Position numbers and translations under genes: made by a program
Assembly: GCA_040901775.1 (NCBI GenBank)
Contig: JBBDYF010000260.1
Span: forward strand, 9,122 to 73,121
Length of the DNA stretch: 64,000 nt
Direction of reading: 5' to 3'
DNA from: Pirellulaceae bacterium
GTDB taxonomy: Bacteria > Planctomycetota > Planctomycetia > Pirellulales > Pirellulaceae
The notes under the pieces: model-generated
Told to the model about the DNA's origin: nothing
Database searches by the model: none
What the model saw: only the letters and a program-made list of their open reading frames with translations
In this document: positions 1-7,857 of the stretch, in pieces
Numbering within the stretch: the first letter of the stretch is position 1
Layout: each line of letters starts with the position of its first letter

Positions 1-532
1 GCAGGACGCGCATCAGCCCGGAAACTTCGCCTGAGCGGCCGGCGAATAGTTCCGCCGGGGCCAGCCGCGGGCGTGGGTCGGTTCCGACGAATCGCAGGTT
101 CTCGATAAACCCTTCGGCCGATCCGCTTTCTCCGGCAATGATCGCGTTGGCATCGTTGCGCAGGTGCTCGTTGAAGTCGATCACCGGGAAAATCTTGTCG
201 AGCTCTTCGTCGAGCGCACCCAGGTTGCCAACGAACACGTCCCGCGTCCGGTCTCTGGGCACGTGGGCGGCCCGCACGACCACCAGCACATCGACGCCGT
301 ACAGCAGGTCGTTCACACCGCCGCTGGTGTTGTGGCGATGGCCCGGTCTCCAGCCGCCGGGCATGACCGCCACGTAACGCTGCCCCGCGGTTACCGGCGC
401 GATCTCGTCGAATTCGCAGTTGCACTCTTCGGGCGCGAAACCAGCGCCCCCCGTGCTGGGAAAGGCGACGTTGACCGCCAGGCGGAGCCGGTTGCGGGTT
501 GCCAGTAGCAGCGCTTTTTCGGCGACTCTCAT
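1..532 (-). CDS. Hypothetical protein, 3' end outside window; start ATG at 530-532 overlaps the stop of the upstream gene (ATGA); possibly prophage-associated
   Basis: Uninterrupted minus-strand reading frame from ATG (plus 'cat' 530-532) to the window edge, translating MRVAEKALLLATRNRLRLAVNVAFPSTGGAGF...; not in the ORF track because no stop lies in the window; 4-bp start/stop overlap with the 529..1413 gene suggests an operon. Confidence 0.4.
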   Translation of the reverse strand, partial: MRVAEKALLLATRNRLRLAVNVAFPSTGGAGFAPEECNCEFDEIAPVTAGQRYVAVMPGGWRPGHRHNTSGGVNDLLYGVDVLVVVRAAHVPRDRTRDVFVGNLGALDEELDKIFPVIDFNEHLRNDANAIIAGESGSAEGFIENLRFVGTDPRPRLAPAELFAGRSGEVSGLMRVL

Positions 533-1413
533 GCCCCGGCCTCCAGCGCTGCGCGGATGCCGATCGAAAGAGCCTGGTTCGCCACGTCGGCCCAGCGGTC
601 CAGCCAGACCTGCGGGGCTTCCGCGGGCAAGAACTGCCGCTTGGGAATGCCCCGTTTGGGATCTCCGTAGTTGTGCGAGGCGGCATAGGGGACATTGGTT
701 CCGACGATCACACCGTTTCCGATCGCCTCGAAAACTTGATCCTCCCCACCCTCAGCGGACGGTGGCGCGTAGTTGACGTGGGCACCCGTGCCGGTCAGCT
801 TGCCGGGGGAGAGGCTGTTGAGCAGAACGCCGGTGTCGCGCAGGATCTGCACCGTGCGATGCCCGAACACGTCGATCAGCGTCTTGGCCCCTTCGGCCTT
901 GAGCTTCGCCCAGGCGATTTGGGCCGTCCGCTGCTTGGCCTCGGCCGGCGACATCGACAATAGCAGCCGCGCGAGCATGGCGGCAAAGATGCCGTTCCAC
1001 CGCTTTTGCTGAGCCTTGGTCAGCAGCCCCTTATTGCCGGCCACGCCGAACCGCTGCCCCTTGCCCACTCCTGCGTCTGCCTTGAGCTGCGCTTTCTCGC
1101 CCCTGCCGAACCGCCGCTGATACGCCAGGTACGCCGGACTGAGGAGGGGCCACTTCCACTCGTTGCAAAAGCTGACCAAGTAATCGGAGTAGCCGCGGTA
1201 GGTCTTTTTCGCCACGCCAGCCTTGGCCCAGCGGAGGAAGTTTTCGGCCAGGGCAGCGACCGGCGCCGTGGGCGACTCTGGCGAACTGGCTGCCACCATT
1301 TCGGCCCAGACCTTCAGCGCGGCGTCTTCGTCCTCGCTCAGCCGCACGTTGCGGCGATCGTTGGTTTTGACGTACCAGGCTCCGCGGGCTTTCCAGAAAA
1401 ACGGGCGACGCAT
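529..1413 (-). CDS. Chimeric prophage-remnant ORF: integrase-like N-terminus (arm/SAM-like region) fused to a phage virion-morphogenesis (Mu gpG-like) C-terminus
   Basis: N-terminus MRRPFFWKARGAWYVKTNDRRNVRL...ENFLRWAKAGVAKKTYRGYSDYL resembles tyrosine-integrase N-terminal arm and core-binding regions. C-terminus ...GTNVPYAASHNYGDPKRGIPKRQFL matches the tnvxYAaiHqfGg...ipaRpfl signature of the phage virion morphogenesis family. Lies 180 bp from tRNA-Pro. Confidence 0.5.
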   Translation of the reverse strand: MRRPFFWKARGAWYVKTNDRRNVRLSEDEDAALKVWAEMVAASSPESPTAPVAALAENFLRWAKAGVAKKTYRGYSDYLVSFCNEWKWPLLSPAYLAYQRRFGRGEKAQLKADAGVGKGQRFGVAGNKGLLTKAQQKRWNGIFAAMLARLLLSMSPAEAKQRTAQIAWAKLKAEGAKTLIDVFGHRTVQILRDTGVLLNSLSPGKLTGTGAHVNYAPPSAEGGEDQVFEAIGNGVIVGTNVPYAASHNYGDPKRGIPKRQFLPAEAPQVWLDRWADVANQALSIGIRAALEAGA

Positions 1414-1592
1414 CGGCCAGACTCCAGGTGACTGGGAGAATTTTGCCCGTCCCTATTGACTAGTCTGGTCACGTCCGGCCACATTTTGTCGCGATTGGTG
1501 GTATCGCGATTGGTATCAGCGGGGCGATTACAGGCCAGAAGCGGCCTAAGAAAAAAGCCGCAACTCCTTATGAAGTCGCAGCTTCCGTAAAG

Positions 1593-1667
1593 TCGGGGTG
1601 ACAGGATTTGAACCTGCAACCTTCTGCACCCCATGCAGACGCGCTAGCCAAGTTACGCTACACCCCG
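1593..1667 (-). tRNA. tRNA-Pro (anticodon GGG)
   Basis: 75-nt cloverleaf on the minus strand: acceptor CGGGGTG/CACCCCG, T-arm GCAGG-TTCAAAT-CCTGT, anticodon stem TCTGC/GCAGA with loop AUGGGGU (U33, GGG at 34-36, G37); no encoded CCA. Confidence 0.85.
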
Positions 1668-2167
1668 TTGTCGCAAGAGACGCCGCGGGGCCCGGGCGGG
1701 TTCGGCGTCTCGTCAAAATCAATATCGCAGATCGGGCGGGGCTTGGCAATCCGACAGGCAGCCAGTGAGGTGAAAGGGGGTGCATCTCGCCGGTTTGTGA
1801 TTCTAGGCGGCGGTGTGATCGCTGCGGAGGCCGGTGAGGCGCGCCGGACGAGATTGCCCGAAGCGTTCGAGCGGTAGGGTCTCGCTGAGATGGTCGGCGA
1901 CCAGTGCCAGTCAGGGGAACAGCTTTGAGGAAGCGGAACGACATCGGTTGCACCTACATCGTCACCGTGGACGGGGAATGCCGCGCCTATCGCGTCGTCA
2001 TTCGGGGTATGGTTGATAGGGTTGTTAAGTTTGAGCATTGCGGCAGTCGGGCGGATACTCAGGGTACGCTTTTCTAGGCATCGCTTCGCTCGTCTTGATT
2101 TGAACATTTCCATTTGAGACGAATCAGAGCTAGACCGGAAAGCAAATTCAAACTGACTCACTACCCA

Positions 2168-3868
2168 TTAGCCACCCTTCCATCCCGGCCCGCGCAGCAC
2201 GCGCCCCGGCAATTCGCCGGTGAACTTGCCGTCTTCCAGAACCAGTTTGCCGTTGACCAGCACATACTGCATCCCTTCCGATAACTCGTGCGGCTGGGCG
2301 AAGGTGGCCCGGTCGGCCAGCTTCGCATAGTCGAAGACGATTACGTCGGCCGCCAGCCCCTCGGCGATGCGTCCCCGGTCGTAGGCCTGCACGCTGTTGG
2401 CCGCCGCGGCGCTCGCCTGGGCGACGGCCCGTTCGAGCGAGATCGCGCCCAAATCTCGGACGTAACGCGACAAGAGCCGTGGGAAAGCGCCATAGGCCCG
2501 CGGGTGCGAAGCGATTTGCGCGTTCGCGGCCGGGCCGACATCGGTGCAGAACGAAACGAAATCGTGCTGCATGGCGAAAATTTTGTTTGCCTCGGTCATG
2601 CTTTCAGGACAGACAAACGCGCCGGTTCGCACCAGGTTAAAGAACGTCTCCCACGGTTCTTCCTGACGGGCCTTGGCGATCGACGCCAGGCTTTGCCCCC
2701 CATGTTTGGAGTAGCGGAGGTCACTCGTCTGGCCGACGATCACCCGGTTCCAATCCTGGCCGACGTGTCGGTACCAGTTTTCCCAGCCGGCGGTGGTTTC
2801 CATTTCCTGACGAATCTCGGCCCGCAGCGCGGCGTCGTCGAGCTTGCGGATCAGCCGCTCGTGGCCGTCGGCAAAGTGCCGCGGGTGGATGAACGCCGCG
2901 ATCCCCAGGCCGTTGTTGACGTAGGGATAAATGTCGGCCGTCACCTGCTGCCCCGCGGCGCGGGCGGCCTGAATCTTGGCGATCGCCAGCCGCATTTTGC
3001 CCCAATTCTGCCGGCCCGCCGTTTTAAGGTGGAAGATGTGGACCGGGGCCTTCCCCTGGCGGCCGATGTCGAGGGCTTCGTCGATCGCCTCCTCGAGCTT
3101 GTCCCCTTCGTTGCGCATGTGCGTGTAGTAGCGGCCCCCATGCTCGCCCGCAACCGCGACCAGCTTGGCAATCTCTTCGGTCGGGGCATAAATCGCCGGC
3201 GGATAGATCAGGGCGGTGCTGACGCCGATCGCCCCGGCCTCCATCGCCTCACGCACCAGGGCTTCCATTTGTTGCTGTTCTTCGTCGCTCGCCCGGCGAT
3301 CGACATCGCCCAGCACCAGGCTGCGAACCTGCGTATGGCCGACCGTCTGCACCACGTTGATCGGCAGCCCCTTCGTTTCGAGCACCTGAAAATACTCGCA
3401 CATGGTCCGCCAGCCGAGCCGCGCCGCGTCGTCCTGGCCAACCGGTGCGGCCGAAACCCCTTCGCCGGCATTGATCGTGGTGATTCCCTGCGTCAGCAGG
3501 TTGATCGAGCTGGCCGGGTCTTTCAGCAGGGGCGTGGCGGTTTGCCCCATCATGTCGATGAAGCCGGGGGCGACGATCAGCCCGGCGGCGTCGATGGTTC
3601 GCTGGCCGGCACCCTCCGGAATGCGGCCGATCTTGGAGATCTTGCCGCCACGAATGCCCAGATCGGCCGCGTACCAGGGCGACCCCGTCCCATCGACAAT
3701 GCGGCCGCCGCGAATCACCACGTCGAATGGCTCGTCGGCCAGAAGCGCAGGGCAACAAAGTGCCAGTAACAACGCGGCAACGATCGGGCGCGTTAGCGCC
3801 GGGCGCGGTAGAAAGGCAAAGTTCATGGGGGGGCGGCTCTCGTGGCGGTACACATGGGTGTCAGCCAA
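2168..3868 (-). CDS. Secreted amidohydrolase, N-acyl-D-amino-acid deacylase (D-aminoacylase) family; real start may be the internal Met (MNFAFLP..., ~3826)
   Basis: 566-aa ORF; signal peptide ...IVAALLLALCCPALLA; N-terminal DVVIRGGRIVDGTG...APGFID and amidohydrolase-3 / D-aminoacylase-like conservation across the length. Confidence 0.8.
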   Translation of the reverse strand: MADTHVYRHESRPPMNFAFLPRPALTRPIVAALLLALCCPALLADEPFDVVIRGGRIVDGTGSPWYAADLGIRGGKISKIGRIPEGAGQRTIDAAGLIVAPGFIDMMGQTATPLLKDPASSINLLTQGITTINAGEGVSAAPVGQDDAARLGWRTMCEYFQVLETKGLPINVVQTVGHTQVRSLVLGDVDRRASDEEQQQMEALVREAMEAGAIGVSTALIYPPAIYAPTEEIAKLVAVAGEHGGRYYTHMRNEGDKLEEAIDEALDIGRQGKAPVHIFHLKTAGRQNWGKMRLAIAKIQAARAAGQQVTADIYPYVNNGLGIAAFIHPRHFADGHERLIRKLDDAALRAEIRQEMETTAGWENWYRHVGQDWNRVIVGQTSDLRYSKHGGQSLASIAKARQEEPWETFFNLVRTGAFVCPESMTEANKIFAMQHDFVSFCTDVGPAANAQIASHPRAYGAFPRLLSRYVRDLGAISLERAVAQASAAAANSVQAYDRGRIAEGLAADVIVFDYAKLADRATFAQPHELSEGMQYVLVNGKLVLEDGKFTGELPGRVLRGPGWKGG

Positions 3869-4049
3869 TTAGAACGAGCGGCTGAGCGGAATGCCATTCC
3901 CGGAAACGCTTCTGCGAAGCGCCAGCTAAGCGGTGAAACGCTTCTGCGAAGCGCCAGCCAAGGCTATTCGTGGGGCGTTACACAGGATACTGCGGCCCGG
4001 TTTCAACTGCACGCGGAATCGTTGTGGCGAACGAGCCCATCCGGGCGTG

Positions 4050-4523
4050 TCAATCTCTCAAGGGTCCGCCCGTTCCGCGTCGCGTCGCGACTTCGCTCAG
4101 CAGCGACTCTAGCACATCGAACCGGACGGGCTTCAACAAGATCCGATCGAAAAGTTGCCTCGTCCCCTGATCTTGCGGCCGTGCCAGGCCCGTCAGCGCG
4201 ACGATCGTCAAGGGCCGATCCGACGCCTCCTCACGCAGCTCGGCGGCCAGTTCGCGGCCATTCATGCCCGGCATGAGCAGGTCGGAAATGATCAGATCGA
4301 AATGATGCTCGCGAGATTCCTCCAAGGCCGCCGGCCCGCGATAGGCCACGTTCACCCCATGCCCCAGCGCCTTGAGCAGCTTGGCCAGGGTGTTGGCTGC
4401 GTCGGGGTTGTCGTCCACCACGAGAATCCGTAAACCCTCAGCCGAACGTTCGGGTTGCAAGGTCATGAGCCAAAATTCGGGCCAGAGTGTCGGAATCGAG
4501 AGACGATCATCCGCCTCTTCCAT
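4050..4523 (-). CDS. Single-domain response regulator (CheY-like receiver); start uncertain (ATG at 4523, 4466 or 4577)
   Basis: Receiver motifs ILVVDDNPDAANTLAKLL...DLIISDLLMPGMNG...LTG; no output domain. Confidence 0.65.
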   Translation of the reverse strand: MEEADDRLSIPTLWPEFWLMTLQPERSAEGLRILVVDDNPDAANTLAKLLKALGHGVNVAYRGPAALEESREHHFDLIISDLLMPGMNGRELAAELREEASDRPLTIVALTGLARPQDQGTRQLFDRILLKPVRFDVLESLLSEVATRRGTGGPLRD

Positions 4524-4639
4524 CCTGGCAGCAAAGGGCGTGCCCGGATAGACATGCACTTCCGTAAAGGCTAGCACTCCAGGTCCGTCACTCCAGGTCC
4601 GTCGAGAACGTCCTCTCCCTTTGCGGAGTTTCCGCCGCT

Positions 4640-5347
4640 ATGCGTCTGCACCGCCGACAGCGCGAAGCCGAGGAGATCGACGATCCCGCCTTGGAAACGG
4701 CCCGGCTGCACGGCGCGCTCCACGGTTTGACGACGATCAACCTGCTCAGCGCGAGCGCCGGCATTCTCTGGCCGCCGCTGCGCCGGCTCGCCCGCCGGCT
4801 GAAGGTCCGCCGCCTGCGGGTGCTCGATATTGCCTCCGGCGCGGGGGACGTTCCGATCCGGCTGTGGAAGAAAGCCCGCCGGGCCGGCCTGGCGCTCGAC
4901 ATTCACGGCCTCGACATCAGCGAGCGAGCCCTCGACTTTGCCCGCCAGCGGGCCGCCGCCGCCGGCGCGCCGCTGACTTTCGCCCGGCACGACGCTTTGT
5001 CCGAAAAATTGCCCGCGGGCTACGACGCGATCGTCAGCTCGCTCTTTCTGCATCACCTGGACGAGCAGCCGGCGGTGCGCCTGTTGCGGGCCATGGCCGG
5101 CGCGACCGAGCGGCTGGTGCTGGTGAACGATCTGCGGCGCAACTTACCGGGCCTCTGGCTGGCCCACTTTGCCGGCCGCTGCCTCACGCGGTCGGACGTG
5201 GTGCGGGTCGATGCGGTGCGCAGCGTGCGGGCGGCCTATACGATGGCCGAGGCGCGCGATCTGGCGGCGGCGGCGGGCCTCGACGGCGCGACGCTCGCGC
5301 GCCGCTGGCCCTGCCGATTCTTATTGTCTTGGCAGCGCGTCAAGTAA
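4640..5347 (+). CDS. Class I SAM-dependent methyltransferase
   Basis: Motif I VLDIASGAGDV, acidic beta2 (LDISE), overall Methyltransf_11/12-like layout; convergent with the type III PKS gene. Confidence 0.75.
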   Translation: MRLHRRQREAEEIDDPALETARLHGALHGLTTINLLSASAGILWPPLRRLARRLKVRRLRVLDIASGAGDVPIRLWKKARRAGLALDIHGLDISERALDFARQRAAAAGAPLTFARHDALSEKLPAGYDAIVSSLFLHHLDEQPAVRLLRAMAGATERLVLVNDLRRNLPGLWLAHFAGRCLTRSDVVRVDAVRSVRAAYTMAEARDLAAAAGLDGATLARRWPCRFLLSWQRVK

Positions 5348-5371
5348 GCGGCGCCTCAAGTTAGCGGCGCC

Positions 5372-6445
5372 TCAAATAAACAGCGCCCCCTCGGCAAACA
5401 TGCCCGGACCAAAGCCGAGCGCCACGCAAGGCCGCTCCGCGCCGCCGGCTCGCAAGCGGTCAAGAATGAACAGCACTGTCGGCGACGACATGTTGCCGTT
5501 TTGGGCCAAAACCTCGCGGCTGATTGCGGTCGCCTCGCGCGGCAGGTTCAGGCATTCTTCAATCGCGCTCAAAATGCGCGGCCCGCCCGGATGGATCGCC
5601 CACGAGCGGATGTTCTCCAGCCGCTGGCCCTGCTGGGCCAGCCAGGCCGTCAGCCAGGGGCGCAGGTGCTGCTGGATCAAGTCGGGCGCGCGGGCGGCGA
5701 GCGTCATTTCAAAGCCGTGATCGCCAATGTGCCAGCTCATCGCGTCGGTCGAATCGGGCAACAGGCACGAACCGGTCGCGGCGACTTGCCAGGCGTTGCC
5801 CCCATGGGGAATAGCGCCGCCGCCGACCAGCGCCGCGGCCCCGTCGGCAAATAGGGCGTTCGCCACGATTCGTTCGGGATCCCACGCAAAGCGATAGTGC
5901 AGGCTGCACAGTTCGACGGCACAGAGCAGCACGCGGGCCGCCGGATCGGCCGTGGCGAGCGCCTGGGCGACGCGGAGGCCGTTGATCGCCCCGTGACATC
6001 CCATAAAGCCGACCTGAATCCGCTGCGTCGTGGGGCTGAGTTCCAGGCCGGTGAGCAGCGCTGTGTCGATGCCCGGCGCGCCAAAGCCGGTACACGAGAC
6101 CGTCACCAGGTGAGTGATGTCGCCGCGCTCGACACCCGACGTTTCCAGCGCGGCTTGGGCCGCTTGCCGGGCAAGGGGCGGGGCATGTTCGGCATAGAAC
6201 CCCATTCGTTCGGCAGTCGTCGGGCCGGGGGTAACGGCCCGCTCGTCGGTCAGCCAATCGAGTGCAATCCGATGCGGCAGCACCGTCTGCCGGTTCTCGA
6301 CCCCCGCCTTGCGATACAGCACGCGCAGCATCCGCTCTTGCTGCTCGGTGCGGCAGATGACTTGCCGGGCCAGGTCGGTCGCTTCGGCCTGGCTCATCGA
6401 GTGCTGGGGAACGGCGGTCCCCAGTCCGAGAATTTGCAGCGTCAT
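5372..6445 (-). CDS. Type III polyketide synthase (chalcone/stilbene synthase family, alkylresorcinol-synthase-like)
   Basis: Catalytic Cys in VSCTGFGAPG, His in WAIHPGGPRIL, Asn in GNMSSPTV; 357 aa; start overlaps the stop of the upstream FAD gene by 4 bp. Confidence 0.9.
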   Translation of the reverse strand: MTLQILGLGTAVPQHSMSQAEATDLARQVICRTEQQERMLRVLYRKAGVENRQTVLPHRIALDWLTDERAVTPGPTTAERMGFYAEHAPPLARQAAQAALETSGVERGDITHLVTVSCTGFGAPGIDTALLTGLELSPTTQRIQVGFMGCHGAINGLRVAQALATADPAARVLLCAVELCSLHYRFAWDPERIVANALFADGAAALVGGGAIPHGGNAWQVAATGSCLLPDSTDAMSWHIGDHGFEMTLAARAPDLIQQHLRPWLTAWLAQQGQRLENIRSWAIHPGGPRILSAIEECLNLPREATAISREVLAQNGNMSSPTVLFILDRLRAGGAERPCVALGFGPGMFAEGALFI

Positions 6446-7749
6446 GCGGTGGGCAATCCTTTGGGCGAAGCGGCGGTTTCGAGTTCAAGCGGATCGTTGA
6501 GAATCAGTTTCGCCTTGCCGGCCAGCCGGGCACCCAGCGTCAGCAAGCTCGGCATGGCACGTAGCAGCGGCAGCGTGGCGGCGACGAGCCGGGGCCGGCT
6601 GGCCCACTGGGCGATGGCCGAAGCTGCCCGGATGCGCGGAGCGAACGCCCGCCGCCAGGCGGCCGAATAAACCTTTCCAACTTGCTGGCGCGCGGCGGGC
6701 GAATCGAGTTGGTCTTGGTGGTCGATCAACAGCCGAGTCAGCAGCCAGGCCGATTGCATCGCCATGCTGATTCCTTCGGCCACCACCGGGTGCGCCTCTC
6801 CTGCGACGTTGCCGACGGCGAAAATGCCGTGTTGATAGCCGCCCCGAATGCCGGGCTGGATCGGTCCCGCCGAGAGCCAGGTTCCGTTAATCCGGGCGCG
6901 ATCGAGCACCGGGCCAAGCACGGGCAGCGATTGCAGAATGTGGGATAGCACCGCTTCGCCCGCCGATTGGCCGCCGGAGCGGGCGAGTGTTTCGAGCCGC
7001 GACCGGCGGATACAGCACGAGAGACTCGCCGCGCCCGCTTCGCAGTGGACCATGCCGCCGTAGCCATCGGCAAAACTCAACAGGGGCATCAAGCCGGCGG
7101 GCAAACCGGTTTCGTGAAAGTGGGCCTTGAAGGCGAGCCAGTCGTGCGGATGACTATGGCGCGCCGCCGGCTGCGTCGGCAGCGAACCGAGGTCCCAAGA
7201 GCCGTGAGCCGCGATGACCGTGCGGGCCTCGATCTCGATCGTGCGCCGCGTCGCCAGCGATTCGACCCGGCACAGGTGGCGGCCTCCTTCGGAACTCAAC
7301 TGCACGCAGCGCATCGGCTGCAGGATCTGCGCGCCGACGGCCTGGGCGCGGTCCAAGAGCAACGCATCGAGCCGCTGGCGGCTGAGGGCCCGCCCGCGGT
7401 CGTCTTCCCCCTGGCGCAAGAGCGGCAGCGGCGCCAGCACGCTGTGCTGGCCGGAAAACAGGGCCGTTTGCCGCACCAGTGGGCCTGCCAACTCGGCGAA
7501 CGCTTCGGCCAGCCCCAAGGCGGCGAAGAGCGGCCCGTTGGTTGCCGACAGGTACTCGCCGCAGACCTTTGGTCGGGGAAAAGCCTTCCGCTCGACGACG
7601 ACGACCGACCAGCCCGCCCCGGCCAGCAAGGTCGCCGCGGTCGCCCCCGCCGGCCCGCCGCCAATGATCAGGGCATCGCAGCTCAAGGCGTTACAGCTCA
7701 AGGCGTTACAGCTCAAGGCGTTACAGCTCAGGGCGTCGCATGATTGCAT
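6442..7749 (-). CDS. FAD-dependent oxidoreductase (geranylgeranyl-reductase / flavin monooxygenase-like), co-operonic with the type III PKS; N-terminus carries (ALSCN)x4 from a 15-bp tandem repeat
   Basis: Rossmann LIIGGGPAGATAATLLAGAGWSVVVVER near the N-terminus; GIFAVGNVAGEAHPVVAEGISMAMQSA motif; 4-bp overlap with the PKS start. Confidence 0.8.
   Translation of the reverse strand: MQSCDALSCNALSCNALSCNALSCDALIIGGGPAGATAATLLAGAGWSVVVVERKAFPRPKVCGEYLSATNGPLFAALGLAEAFAELAGPLVRQTALFSGQHSVLAPLPLLRQGEDDRGRALSRQRLDALLLDRAQAVGAQILQPMRCVQLSSEGGRHLCRVESLATRRTIEIEARTVIAAHGSWDLGSLPTQPAARHSHPHDWLAFKAHFHETGLPAGLMPLLSFADGYGGMVHCEAGAASLSCCIRRSRLETLARSGGQSAGEAVLSHILQSLPVLGPVLDRARINGTWLSAGPIQPGIRGGYQHGIFAVGNVAGEAHPVVAEGISMAMQSAWLLTRLLIDHQDQLDSPAARQQVGKVYSAAWRRAFAPRIRAASAIAQWASRPRLVAATLPLLRAMPSLLTLGARLAGKAKLILNDPLELETAASPKGLPTA
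7675..7740. repeat. 15-bp tandem repeat (acagctcaaggcgtt, ~4.3 copies) inside the 5' end of the FAD-oxidoreductase gene, encoding ALSCN pentapeptide repeats
   Basis: Direct reading: ...gcagctcaaggcgtt acagctcaaggcgtt acagctcaaggcgtt acagctcagggcgtc...; unit length is a multiple of 3 so copy-number change stays in frame; an in-frame TTG lies in every unit. Confidence 0.85.
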
Positions 7750-7857
7750 GATGGGAAGTGCTACTCTCGCTAGCGGCGGGCGCTCAACCGACCTTGATGA
7801 ATTGCCACCCGCCCAGTATATCCCCCCTCTCCGAGATCGGGGGGCGAGGAGGATGGT

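Noticed and set aside
2288-3769. 493-aa plus-strand ORF
   Set aside because: Antisense to the D-aminoacylase gene, which has clear family motifs; typical high-GC shadow ORF.
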